A program made the position numbers and the translations under genes. The notes beneath the pieces were generated by a model. The model worked only from the letters and a program-made list of their open reading frames with translations. It was not told where the DNA came from and did no database searches. From the IMG/VR virus record IMGVR_UViG_3300036766_000780: 64,000 bases of DNA; one strand, written 5' to 3'. This stretch comes from an uncultured virus (IMG/VR IMGVR_UViG_3300036766_000780). Its lineage: Duplodnaviria; Heunggongvirae; Uroviricota; Caudoviricetes. Below, piece by piece: positions 30,624 through 40,133 of the stretch. Each line of letters opens with the position of its first letter. Positions within the stretch are counted from its first letter, which is position 1.

Positions 30624-30896
30624 GTGTTTACAGAAAAAGACTTAGAAGACCACAGAATCATAGCTTCTGGGATGGATTGGGACGATCTAGCGGATATGGT
30701 TATAACTCTAGAACTAGAAAGACATGAAATGATAGAAATACTATCTAAGCATAAAATCAAACTATACGATAAAATTATAGATATATATGAGGTGGAAAAA
30801 ATCTCCATCATGTCTAGATATGAGAGGATCTATAACAATATTGTACACTCTAGCAATAAAAACGAAGATGACGAACTTAACAACGAAGAAATGTAA
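30624..30896 (+). CDS. Hypothetical protein
   Basis: ORF track; AATCTTA at 30600. Confidence 0.55.
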   Translation: MFTEKDLEDHRIIASGMDWDDLADMVITLELERHEMIEILSKHKIKLYDKIIDIYEVEKISIMSRYERIYNNIVHSSNKNEDDELNNEEM

Positions 30897-30970
30897 CTAG
30901 TTGAAATCTCGTATAAAGCATCCTTAAAATCACTCAAAATTGCAATCTTTACTCTAAGAAGGAGTATCTC

Positions 30971-31492
30971 ATGGAATTAAAAGCCGACGAAATAAAAAGT
31001 ATTAAAACAATAGGCAAGCTACACGGAGACGACGTTAAGCTTATTTTAACTAACGGAGGGTTTTTCATTGCCGTTGGTAAAAAGAGCAAGGGAAGTCAAA
31101 AACCAGATAGTTTAGCCGCTGGATCGCATCAAGCTATAGTTTCTCATCAAATTGAAAAAACCTACGGTAAGGATTTTGAACCCGCTATATTCAAGTCTGA
31201 ATCAGAGAATATGGGTAAATTAGAAATTCACACGGACGTTTTATCTCCAGATTTAGTAAAAAATGGCGTAGAAATCTTCTCCATAACTAAATTTAATAAG
31301 ATAGACTTCATTGCTTATAGATATGGCTCAACCCTAGCTAAGTACGAAACAGAGTTTAATTCAAAAGAACTAACTATAAAAAGTCATCATATCAACGGCA
31401 TTTCTCAAAACGATGAGTTATTTAAGGGAATAGCTATGGCTATGAAAAAGAAAATGAATGATTTAGGTATATATGAGGCTAAGGGTAAGTAA
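30971..31492 (+). CDS. Hypothetical late protein
   Basis: AAGGAG RBS; late motif at 30944; IFK|SE site. Confidence 0.65.
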   Translation: MELKADEIKSIKTIGKLHGDDVKLILTNGGFFIAVGKKSKGSQKPDSLAAGSHQAIVSHQIEKTYGKDFEPAIFKSESENMGKLEIHTDVLSPDLVKNGVEIFSITKFNKIDFIAYRYGSTLAKYETEFNSKELTIKSHHINGISQNDELFKGIAMAMKKKMNDLGIYEAKGK

Positions 31493-32400
31493 TGCCAGCA
31501 AAACCTATTAAGGGACCTCAGGTAGATGCACTGCCTAAGTCTCCTCCAGACATTACCCAGATAAGTTTAAACCTTGAGATGCAGGATGATTTTGTAACTT
31601 CTCATGCTGTTGCCTTTGTCCATTATAGGGCTATTCCTTCTCCTATTGGCTTAAAAGACGTAGGAGAATACAGAAGAAGCGAAACATTAGATACTATTTC
31701 TGAAAATGGATTTATATATAAAAAGTGTGGTGTTTTTAGTGCAGTACTCCTTTCTAATAGTAAAGAGAAAAAACAAGTAGAAGGCGGTCTTTTTGATTAT
31801 TCAACCGCTAGAATAACATTGCCTAGGTTTTATGATCCTGATAGTCCAGAACATGCTGGCGATGAAATACACTTATGTCCCGGAGATAGAGTATATATTA
31901 AAGATTTAGAAGTAAAAGTAGTAAACTATCAAAGAGTGGAATATGAGCCTAAACATGTAGATTCATTACAATTTCCAGCACTTTGCGTTGAATTTCTAAT
32001 TGATTCCCTAGGAAGAGAATATCAAGAAAATATGGATTTTAAAGTAGATAAAAACGGAAACATAGACTGGATAGTTGGTAAAAAAAATCCTGGAATTGAT
32101 CCAGATACGGGTAGAGGTAGAATATACTCTATAAGGTACAAATATAATGCCCATTGGTATATAGCTAGTATCCCGAACGAAGTTAGAGTAGGAAGAGTCA
32201 CAGACGGAGATGTTAGAAAACCAGCTAGGTTTCCTTACAATGCAGTTATTCAAAGAGAATATATTTACCATAACCATGTTAGACCTCCGGCGGGCACACA
32301 GGGTAAAAATATTGATGAGAGAACGGTATCAAAACCTGTAGAATCTATAGATCCAAATAAATACAAAGTTAAGGTAAATATTAACAATTTTGAAGAGTAA
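31492..32400 (+). CDS. Putative neck / head-closure protein
   Basis: Context; PGDRV and YSIRY motifs resembling myovirus neck proteins. Confidence 0.55.
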   Translation: MPAKPIKGPQVDALPKSPPDITQISLNLEMQDDFVTSHAVAFVHYRAIPSPIGLKDVGEYRRSETLDTISENGFIYKKCGVFSAVLLSNSKEKKQVEGGLFDYSTARITLPRFYDPDSPEHAGDEIHLCPGDRVYIKDLEVKVVNYQRVEYEPKHVDSLQFPALCVEFLIDSLGREYQENMDFKVDKNGNIDWIVGKKNPGIDPDTGRGRIYSIRYKYNAHWYIASIPNEVRVGRVTDGDVRKPARFPYNAVIQREYIYHNHVRPPAGTQGKNIDERTVSKPVESIDPNKYKVKVNINNFEE

Positions 32401-32445
32401 AACCTAGTAATTTTGAATAGTAATCTTTAATTTAGGAGAATTTTT

Positions 32446-32910
32446 ATGAGAGCAATAATTGATATTTTTAGAAGAAAAAATAAATCCGTTCAAGACATGG
32501 GTCTTTTAGAAAACGTAGTTTATAACGAGTCCGCTGGTGCAAAAAAAGTAATAATAATTGAACCAGTAGTGAAGGCGGCGGTTGGCTCTTCAGATTCATA
32601 TGCTTTTGGTTCTTATGTTAAGGTTACAGGAACTGCATATACGCTAGATTGTTTAGGAAAAGCTTACGATACTTCTAAAACCTATAGAAGAGGTGACTTA
32701 GTAACTCAAAGTTCTAACGTATATATTTCCAATACTGACGGCGTGACCGGAACATTTGACGCTAGTCACTGGACGTTAATGTCTGCTAAATCAATCGGTC
32801 CTGTAACCATAACCGCTGGAGCCGTTGTCTGTGTAGGAAAATGGCACAATACTGTTTCCGTAGCTGGTTTTTTAATCGAAGAAGAAAGCATAATTAGTAA
32901 AGTAGAATAA
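32446..32910 (+). CDS. Putative virion protein with a CBM5/12-like module
   Basis: YDTSKTYRRGDLV...Y...W; late motif at 32422. Confidence 0.6.
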   Translation: MRAIIDIFRRKNKSVQDMGLLENVVYNESAGAKKVIIIEPVVKAAVGSSDSYAFGSYVKVTGTAYTLDCLGKAYDTSKTYRRGDLVTQSSNVYISNTDGVTGTFDASHWTLMSAKSIGPVTITAGAVVCVGKWHNTVSVAGFLIEEESIISKVE

Positions 32911-32911
32911 T

Positions 32912-33910
32912 ATGAAAAACAAGTATGTTTCTATAGCTAAGAAAATTCTTGGCGATGACATATTTGAAGAACTTAAGAAATCAGAAATTGGTTCTGGTAT
33001 ATTTAAATTATCTACTAAAACTACAGTTGATCCAGAAGAATTAAAAATAGCACTACAAATAGTTCCCAGAGCTATTTTATCAATGCTTATTCATAATTTA
33101 AAACCTATGGAAATAGGGGGAGCTAAAGAAATACCTGTCTTTTTTCAAAAAGAAGCCGTCATAAGAATTAATAAAAAGGCTTCTGATGTTTATTCTGGTG
33201 ATATAATTTCTGAAGGAAAAATATTAACTGAATTTAAACATAGATCTCTCCCTGGTGTTGGATTAGTACTAATGTCTACTTTTGAATTATATGAAATGGC
33301 TGATGTTAAGCAAATAGCAGAAGATAGGGAAAGTGAAGAACAACCTAAGGTTTCTAAACTTTATGACATAATAGACGACAGAATAAAACTTCATTGTTTG
33401 ATAAAAGACGTAGTGGACCACAGGATATCGGAAAGAGAAGCTATACAAAAACTAATAAACGAAAGAATAAATGAATCTGTTGAAGAAGCAAATCAAGAAC
33501 CCGAGGATACGGAAGATTCTGATTCTGAAATAATAGAAGAAGAAAAATCTACCGATGCTGGCGAAATAAACGAAATGCAAATGAACGAAGAAGAAAATGA
33601 AGGTGAAATAGAAGATATGAAAAAAAATAAGAAAAACAAATTAAAAGAATTTTTAGAACAGAAAGAAAAAGAAAAGCACGAAATAGTAGAATTAGATAAG
33701 AACGAGAACATATCTTGTCCTGATTGTGGATTTGAATTATTTAAAGGCGAAGATCATTTTAATCTTTGCATTTGTTATGGTGAGAATTTTAATAAAAAAA
33801 TAGAAATAAAAAAATCATCTGGGAATAAATATAAATTCAATTTTCCCAAATCTTTTGATATAGAAAATATAAAAATGTTGCGTGACGCAATTAAAATAAA
33901 TAAGGAATAA
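32912..33910 (+). CDS. Hypothetical protein with acidic linker and Zn ribbon
   Basis: LKK|SE site; CPDCG...CIC. Confidence 0.65.
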   Translation: MKNKYVSIAKKILGDDIFEELKKSEIGSGIFKLSTKTTVDPEELKIALQIVPRAILSMLIHNLKPMEIGGAKEIPVFFQKEAVIRINKKASDVYSGDIISEGKILTEFKHRSLPGVGLVLMSTFELYEMADVKQIAEDRESEEQPKVSKLYDIIDDRIKLHCLIKDVVDHRISEREAIQKLINERINESVEEANQEPEDTEDSDSEIIEEEKSTDAGEINEMQMNEEENEGEIEDMKKNKKNKLKEFLEQKEKEKHEIVELDKNENISCPDCGFELFKGEDHFNLCICYGENFNKKIEIKKSSGNKYKFNFPKSFDIENIKMLRDAIKINKE

Positions 33911-33911
33911 T

Positions 33912-35156
33912 ATGGAAAAGCATGAAAATATGGTTTTTTTAGCTACAAATGGTGATTCGGTCGGTGATCATATCGGAAACGCTATAGCTTCTGATGATCA
34001 CGAAGGGCTTAAGAATATAACTTCTTCTGTCAAGAATGGTCATTCGATGATAGAACAGTGGGTTGTTAGCCATGGTGGCGAAGTTGTAATATCTAGTGGT
34101 GACGAAAATATTTTAACAATACCTCAACAAGCTTTAGACGAATTAGAGCAAGTTAAAGATAAATATTCAGAACTATCTGGAGTTACTTTAACTATAGGTA
34201 TTGGTTCGAGTATGTCTGAAGCAGCAAAAGCTTTGATATATGGAAAAATGAACGGTAAGGATCAAATAGTAGAATATAGCCCAGAAATGGATGAACAGAT
34301 ATCTGGTTCAGGTGAAGTGGGTGAGGGAGAAGGAGAAGAAATTCCATCTTCTGAAAGTATCGATCATGAGACTCAAGAGGATGAGCAATCTCAAAATGGA
34401 ATGGAAGAAGGACAGCCAGGAATAGAAACTTCAGAAGAAGAACAAGAACAGGCGGCTGAAGATGAAATGGCTCATGAACAAGAAATTCCCGGTGATCATG
34501 AAGGTTTTAGTGCTGATACCGCACAAGGAACACTAGATGCAGATCAACAAGATGAGTTAGGTGCTGATATCGGTCAAGAAGAATTTCCTCCTACCAATGA
34601 TGATTCTGATTTAGAAGAAAACGTAGACGATATAGTTGGAGATGATCAAGAAGGTATCGAGGACGAATCTAGTATGCCTGATGAATCTGAAGAAATGATG
34701 GAAGACGAAGATAACCAAGAGGGTGATGATAAATCTGGTGCGATTTCTGACATGATGCACGCAAACATGGGCGATGAAGAAGGAGAAGGGCAACTTGAAG
34801 AAGACGGAGTTGATCCAGAACAAGAAGAATTAAGACAAGATGTAGCTGCTGCCTTAGCTGCTTTTAAACAAAATAAAACTTTTATGGAACAAGCTAAACA
34901 ATCAGATCCTAGATTATATGAGGCTACTATTTTAATGTTAGATTCTATGATTAGAATGGCTAAAAAACTTAATATTAAACCAGAACAAGAAGCTGAAAAA
35001 TTACAAGCAACCGATTCTATTCCAGAAGCAGACTCTATGCCGATGGAAGAAGATGAAAATGCTCAAGAAGAAATGCCAGGTCAAGAACAGTCTGAAGAAG
35101 AATTAGAAGAGGAAGCTCCTCAAATAAAAAAGCCGATAGGCAAGCCATCAAAGTAA
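33912..35156 (+). CDS. mCpol (minimal CRISPR polymerase)-like domain with a long acidic tail
   Basis: FLATNGDSVG...SSGDE...TIGIG..MSEAAKAL..GK..GKDQ pattern; D/E-rich C-terminal two thirds. Confidence 0.7.
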   Translation: MEKHENMVFLATNGDSVGDHIGNAIASDDHEGLKNITSSVKNGHSMIEQWVVSHGGEVVISSGDENILTIPQQALDELEQVKDKYSELSGVTLTIGIGSSMSEAAKALIYGKMNGKDQIVEYSPEMDEQISGSGEVGEGEGEEIPSSESIDHETQEDEQSQNGMEEGQPGIETSEEEQEQAAEDEMAHEQEIPGDHEGFSADTAQGTLDADQQDELGADIGQEEFPPTNDDSDLEENVDDIVGDDQEGIEDESSMPDESEEMMEDEDNQEGDDKSGAISDMMHANMGDEEGEGQLEEDGVDPEQEELRQDVAAALAAFKQNKTFMEQAKQSDPRLYEATILMLDSMIRMAKKLNIKPEQEAEKLQATDSIPEADSMPMEEDENAQEEMPGQEQSEEELEEEAPQIKKPIGKPSK

Positions 35157-35164
35157 AAAATCCG

Positions 35165-35419
35165 ATGAGTTTGCCTGATAGGTCCACAAAACATATTCCC
35201 AAACATTTGTTACCTGTTGGTTCCTTTAAGAACGGTAGAATAAAAATAAAAGATCCAGTAACAGGAAAAGTATCCTGGAGAGGTGGACGGAAAGGGCTTA
35301 TGCGTGATTGGGATGGAAAACCTACTTCACATAATTATAATAAGAAAGACGCAAAGCAACAAAAAAGCCATACCGTTCATACAGGAAGAAATCCAAATAA
35401 TAGAAAGAGAAGCGAATAA
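35165..35419 (+). CDS. Small basic protein
   Basis: ORF track; operon spacing. Confidence 0.6.
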   Translation: MSLPDRSTKHIPKHLLPVGSFKNGRIKIKDPVTGKVSWRGGRKGLMRDWDGKPTSHNYNKKDAKQQKSHTVHTGRNPNNRKRSE

Positions 35420-37381
35420 ATGAATGATTTTGATCTTACTTTTGAAATTGACGTAGATGCATTAGCTTCACAAATAAAAGATTTGAAAGAAGAATTTAAA
35501 GCAGAATTGACTAAAGGAATAGGCAACGTAGCCGCAATGACTCATGGCAAATTACTTGATTTGGCAAACGATGAGATGCACTCTTTAGCTCAAAAATATA
35601 AAGATGCCGTATCATTTCGACAAGTAGACGATACCTTATGGATTGTATCTCTAGATGCTTCCGCCCTTTGGATCGAGGAAGGAAGAAAATGTGTTGTTTA
35701 TGGAAATTCAAAAATGCATAAACCTAAGGTTTTAACTCCTGACGGCGAGATATTTATAGATAAATTAAAAAAGGGTATGTTGGTTTTGAATCAATATGGC
35801 AAGTGGACAGAAGTTATTGATATATATGACGAATTATTAGTAGAAAAAAGTAAATTTATACCACATAAGGTTGAGATTTGTAATTTTTGTCCAGAAAATA
35901 ATAAACTAAATAAGAGAAAACATTTGGTTTGTTTTAAAATGGAATGTGCAATTTGTGGAAAAATACAAAAATGGAACAAATATAATTCCGCATATAAAAA
36001 AATAAGATGTCAGGAATGTTTTAAAAAACAAAAATTAGTAAAAATAGAGATATCTGGGCATTTAAATAGTTCTCTTAATTCTGGGAGTTGTAGCACATTA
36101 ATCTTAACAGAAGATCATAAAATTATGACCCAATTGGGGTGGATTGAGGCAAAAGACATAAATCCAAATTTACATAAAATTCAAATACCGTCTTGGAATA
36201 AATGTAAAACTTGTGATAAGCCAACTTATCTGTATAATAATTTTTGTTACGATAAAAATGGAAGTCCCTGTTCGGGCAAATATACAATTCTTAATACTTT
36301 AAAAAATGGAAATCATCAATGCCAGAAACCTGATGCCAGAGCTAACTATTTAAAAACATTATTGAATACTATAAAAGAAAATAAAACCGAAAAAAATTTT
36401 GAAGAATTAGTAAAAAAAATAGGATTTTCTGTAGATTTTTATAATAAAAACATAAACATGGAAAATATAGATTGTATAAGAGAATATCCTAGTATAACTA
36501 AACCTGGTGTATCGAATTGGAATCAGTTTTATTATATAGATTTTTATTTCCCTAATCTTAATTTAGCTATAGAAGTAGATGGGAAGGCTTTTCATTGTGA
36601 AAAAAGAGATAAAAAAAGAGATGCTATAATAAAAAATAACTTAAAATGTGACATAATAAGAATTCCATCAAAAAATGTATGGAAAAAAGATTTTTTAGAA
36701 AAAACATTAATACCTATTTTAAAAAATCATTCTGATGAAATAAATTATTTACCATTTAACTCATATAAGGTATCTAAATTTAATTCCAAAAAATATTCTG
36801 GTAATAACAGACGATGGGACATAACAGTTAAAGAAGGAGAAAGTTTTGTATGTCAAGGTATGCTTATACATAATTCTGGTTTTCAAGAAGAATTGCTTCA
36901 CGGAAAAAGCTCAAAGGTTTCTAAAGACGGAACTAGATATGCTGTGATTCCTTTTGAACACTCTAAAGCTCCTTCTCAGCAAACTTCATCGGCAAAACAA
37001 TTAACAGATCAAATAAAATCAGAATTAAAGAAAAGAAATATTTCATACAAAAAAATAGAATACGGAGCTGACGGTTCTCCAAGATTAGGACTCATTCATA
37101 AATTTGATATAGAATCAGCCAGACCGTCTAGAATATCGGGAATAACTAAAGCTAGTCATCCGGCGTTAAGTGGAGTTTCTATATATCAAAGAAAAATGCC
37201 CGGTGGAAAAATTAAAAGAGATATAATGACATTCAGGGTTATAAGTGAAAAAAGTAAAGCAGAAGGTAAATGGGTACATCCAGGAATGGTTGGATATAAG
37301 TTAATGGATAAAAGCTTAGATTGGGCGTTCGATTTATGGGAAAGAGAAATATTACCAGACATAATAAAAAAGTTTAATTAA
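35420..37381 (+). CDS. Putative neck/tail-completion protein (258-aa extein) interrupted by an intein
   Basis: A.WIEEG and WVHPG motifs; position upstream of the sheath gene. Confidence 0.65.
   Translation: MNDFDLTFEIDVDALASQIKDLKEEFKAELTKGIGNVAAMTHGKLLDLANDEMHSLAQKYKDAVSFRQVDDTLWIVSLDASALWIEEGRKCVVYGNSKMHKPKVLTPDGEIFIDKLKKGMLVLNQYGKWTEVIDIYDELLVEKSKFIPHKVEICNFCPENNKLNKRKHLVCFKMECAICGKIQKWNKYNSAYKKIRCQECFKKQKLVKIEISGHLNSSLNSGSCSTLILTEDHKIMTQLGWIEAKDINPNLHKIQIPSWNKCKTCDKPTYLYNNFCYDKNGSPCSGKYTILNTLKNGNHQCQKPDARANYLKTLLNTIKENKTEKNFEELVKKIGFSVDFYNKNINMENIDCIREYPSITKPGVSNWNQFYYIDFYFPNLNLAIEVDGKAFHCEKRDKKRDAIIKNNLKCDIIRIPSKNVWKKDFLEKTLIPILKNHSDEINYLPFNSYKVSKFNSKKYSGNNRRWDITVKEGESFVCQGMLIHNSGFQEELLHGKSSKVSKDGTRYAVIPFEHSKAPSQQTSSAKQLTDQIKSELKKRNISYKKIEYGADGSPRLGLIHKFDIESARPSRISGITKASHPALSGVSIYQRKMPGGKIKRDIMTFRVISEKSKAEGKWVHPGMVGYKLMDKSLDWAFDLWEREILPDIIKKFN
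35690..36874 (+). mobile_element. Intein (395 aa) with Zn ribbons and a DUF559/Vsr-like endonuclease
   Basis: GRK|CV start, LTEDH block B, WDITV block F, LIHN|S end; YIDFY...IEVDG..FH..DKKRD. Confidence 0.88.
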
Positions 37382-37382
37382 T

Positions 37383-37571
37383 ATGAACAACGATAATGCA
37401 ATTATATTGTTTTCCATTTGCTTCGTAATGAATGTATTAATATTTATGCTCAATATTCAATTCATAAGTGAACAATGGAATAAAGCAAGTTTATCAAATA
37501 AATTTAAATTACTTTTTATAGGAGCGTTACCGTTATTAGTAATAGCTTCTTTATCGTATAGGTCGTTATAA
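37383..37571 (+). CDS. Small membrane protein with two hydrophobic segments
   Basis: ORF track; tight spacing to both neighbours. Confidence 0.5.
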   Translation: MNNDNAIILFSICFVMNVLIFMLNIQFISEQWNKASLSNKFKLLFIGALPLLVIASLSYRSL

Positions 37572-38566
37572 TGGGACTTTGGCAAGGTGATGTAATTTTA
37601 AAGACCGCAATAGAGCTTATGATCGACGATATAAAAAAAGATCCGTGGCTCATAGAAGATATATTTTCAGATCTTCTAGAAAATCCATATCTGAAAGAAA
37701 AATATGGGATGAAAGAAATTCAAAGAGCTAAGGATTTCTTACTAAATAACAGAATAAATCTTTATATGCAGCATAGATTAGACAGTCAAAATTTTCCTTG
37801 TGTTACTATATCTGAAGGAGCTATGGATGAAGATAAATCATTAGCAACTTTAGCGGATCAATCAGAGATAGTTGATGAATTAGAACCGGACAAAATAGGT
37901 AAACCTATATCTTTTATAGTAAATCCTTTTGATGTTGTTTCTTATGATCAGACTAACGGTATAGTAGAAATGCCATCAAATTCTAATTTTAAATATATTT
38001 CTACAGGAATGTTTGCGGTTGATCCAGATACGGGTAACGGTTATGAGATATTAGGAAAATCGGGGAAAAATAAGTTTAAGATAGAAGCCGGTGTTGATTT
38101 AGATGTTAGTAGATTAGCTATTGTTCCTAAATACCAAGTTTACAGGGCTAGGAGAGAAAGGATAGTTTCTCAAACTAGTTACACGATAGGCTGTCATTGC
38201 GAAGGAGATCCAGGAAACTTAATATTCATTTTTAACCTAGTTAAGTACGGATTATTGAGATATAGGGAAGGACTCTTTGAATTTAGTCAATTTGAATTAT
38301 CGACCATCAAATGTACTGATATGGTGAAGAATGATGCTTTTGGTAAAGAGAATGTATATTCAAGGTTTATAGTCTTATCCGGTCAGGTTGTTGAGGATTG
38401 GATAAAATCTCCTTTTAGAATAATAGAAGCTGCCGATATAAAATCTCCTAGCGAAGATGAAATTAATTTAACAAATGTAGGTATAAAAGTAATAAGCAAT
38501 AAAAACACTATAGAAGAGTCTGAGGAAGCCGAAAATGACCTTTGGGTTACTATAGATGACGAATAA
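37571..38566 (+). CDS. Putative tail terminator/completion protein
   Basis: FPCVTI motif; position before the sheath gene. Confidence 0.55.
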   Translation: MGLWQGDVILKTAIELMIDDIKKDPWLIEDIFSDLLENPYLKEKYGMKEIQRAKDFLLNNRINLYMQHRLDSQNFPCVTISEGAMDEDKSLATLADQSEIVDELEPDKIGKPISFIVNPFDVVSYDQTNGIVEMPSNSNFKYISTGMFAVDPDTGNGYEILGKSGKNKFKIEAGVDLDVSRLAIVPKYQVYRARRERIVSQTSYTIGCHCEGDPGNLIFIFNLVKYGLLRYREGLFEFSQFELSTIKCTDMVKNDAFGKENVYSRFIVLSGQVVEDWIKSPFRIIEAADIKSPSEDEINLTNVGIKVISNKNTIEESEEAENDLWVTIDDE

Positions 38567-38579
38567 CAATCTTTAATTT

Positions 38580-38837
38580 ATGGAAAAGAAGTACACGGAT
38601 AAGGATTTGGCGAAAGAATTAGCAAAATCTATGTATAAATACGTAGAAAAGGCATTAAGTCATAAAAAAGGCGTTATAGCCGATGTTCTGGATCTAAATT
38701 TTGTTGCAGAAGCGGATACTAGTAAGATACCTCCTGTTAAGACTGCTGTAGTTAACAAGTCTAAATCATTGAAATTAAAGACTTTTATTAATAAAAAGAA
38801 GATGAAAAAATTAGAAATGTCACCTTCACAATCTTAA
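38580..38837 (+). CDS. Small putative internal head protein
   Basis: KKYTDKDLA N-terminus shared with the scaffold; late motif at 38568. Confidence 0.6.
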   Translation: MEKKYTDKDLAKELAKSMYKYVEKALSHKKGVIADVLDLNFVAEADTSKIPPVKTAVVNKSKSLKLKTFINKKKMKKLEMSPSQS

Positions 38838-38870
38838 TCTTTAATATATTGAAAGTATAGAGGAATTTTT

Positions 38871-39872
38871 ATGTCCGAGAAGAAATATACAGAAAAAGAA
38901 GTGGCAATCGCTGTACTTAAAAAATGTGCAGAAATGTATAAAAGTAGCGATTTGTTTAAAACAAACACCGCTCATGAAATAGAAGGCGGTCAAGAGCCTG
39001 ACGGTGCTGGAAACGCAGAATGTCCAGAACAATTGCAAACTGGAGAAGCTACTAAACCAGAAACTGGATCTGCAAAGTCTAAGAAAAAGAAGTCAGGAGA
39101 GGCTGTAGAGGAAGAGTCTGAGGAAGAAGGATCTGAAGAAGAAGAAGAAGCGGATGAACACGAAGAGTCTGAGGATAGTTTATCTGGCGAAGAAAAAGAA
39201 GAAACTCACGAAATAGCCGAAGACGAAGCTGAAGAAGAAGTTGATGAACATGAAGATGAGATGCACGAAAAAGAACCTAAAAAAGAAGATAAGAAAGATA
39301 AAAAAACTTTTGGTAAATCCGAACAAGATGTGGTCAAGGCTGATGAATTTGATAGACAACAAGGTCAAAGGGGGGTACATCATGGGGAACCTACAAGGGA
39401 TAAAGTTATAGAAAATCCAGAAAGAAGTTATGGTCAAAGTTATGCGGGCGTAGCAGCTAAAAAAGCAAAAAAATTCCTATCATCTAAGAATCCACATGAG
39501 ATAGCTCATGGAAAAGCTTTGATGGAAAGCGCAAAAAGAGAACATAAGCATGTTATCTCCGAACAGAAAGAAATGCCTAAACCAAATCTTCCTAAATCTG
39601 AAAAATTAGCTAATTTTATTAGCAAAAGATTAGAAAAAAGAGGAAAGTCTCCGGTTGGTAAAAAAATTTCTAAGCTTGTTGTAGAAGGAAAACCACAAAA
39701 ACAAGCTATCGCTATGGCACTTGAAATGAAGAGAAAGGGAAGATTAACGCCAGAAGGCGGATATAAACGAGTAAAGAAACAGATGCCATCTGCATCTCCT
39801 GGTCAAGTTAATGTAGCTCCTCCAGCAGCTCCTGTGGCTCCTATGATGGGCAAGGGTAAAAAAGATGTCTAA
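38871..39872 (+). CDS. Acidic/basic putative internal head protein
   Basis: KKYTEKEVA N-terminus; PNLPKSE module; E-rich tract. Confidence 0.65.
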   Translation: MSEKKYTEKEVAIAVLKKCAEMYKSSDLFKTNTAHEIEGGQEPDGAGNAECPEQLQTGEATKPETGSAKSKKKKSGEAVEEESEEEGSEEEEEADEHEESEDSLSGEEKEETHEIAEDEAEEEVDEHEDEMHEKEPKKEDKKDKKTFGKSEQDVVKADEFDRQQGQRGVHHGEPTRDKVIENPERSYGQSYAGVAAKKAKKFLSSKNPHEIAHGKALMESAKREHKHVISEQKEMPKPNLPKSEKLANFISKRLEKRGKSPVGKKISKLVVEGKPQKQAIAMALEMKRKGRLTPEGGYKRVKKQMPSASPGQVNVAPPAAPVAPMMGKGKKDV

Positions 39873-40116
39873 GAAAAAAAGTAACGATATTAAAATTAAG
39901 GAATCTATGCCAGATATAGCAAAAGAGCCTCTTAAAATGAGGATGAAAAAAAACAATGAAAGAGAAGAATTTAGACAGTTTTTTATAAAAATTAAGAATA
40001 AATTACAACTTAAAAATAGTATGGAAGAGATATTATGGCTCCATTTAAAATCTTCAGGTTTTGATAAATCTGAAAAGTTTGAAGATGGAATTCGGCATTT
40101 TGGATATAATCTGTAG
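39865..40116 (+). CDS. Hypothetical protein upstream of the sheath gene
   Basis: ORF track. Confidence 0.6.
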   Translation: MSKKKSNDIKIKESMPDIAKEPLKMRMKKNNEREEFRQFFIKIKNKLQLKNSMEEILWLHLKSSGFDKSEKFEDGIRHFGYNL

Positions 40117-40133
40117 TATAAGGAGAATAATAT

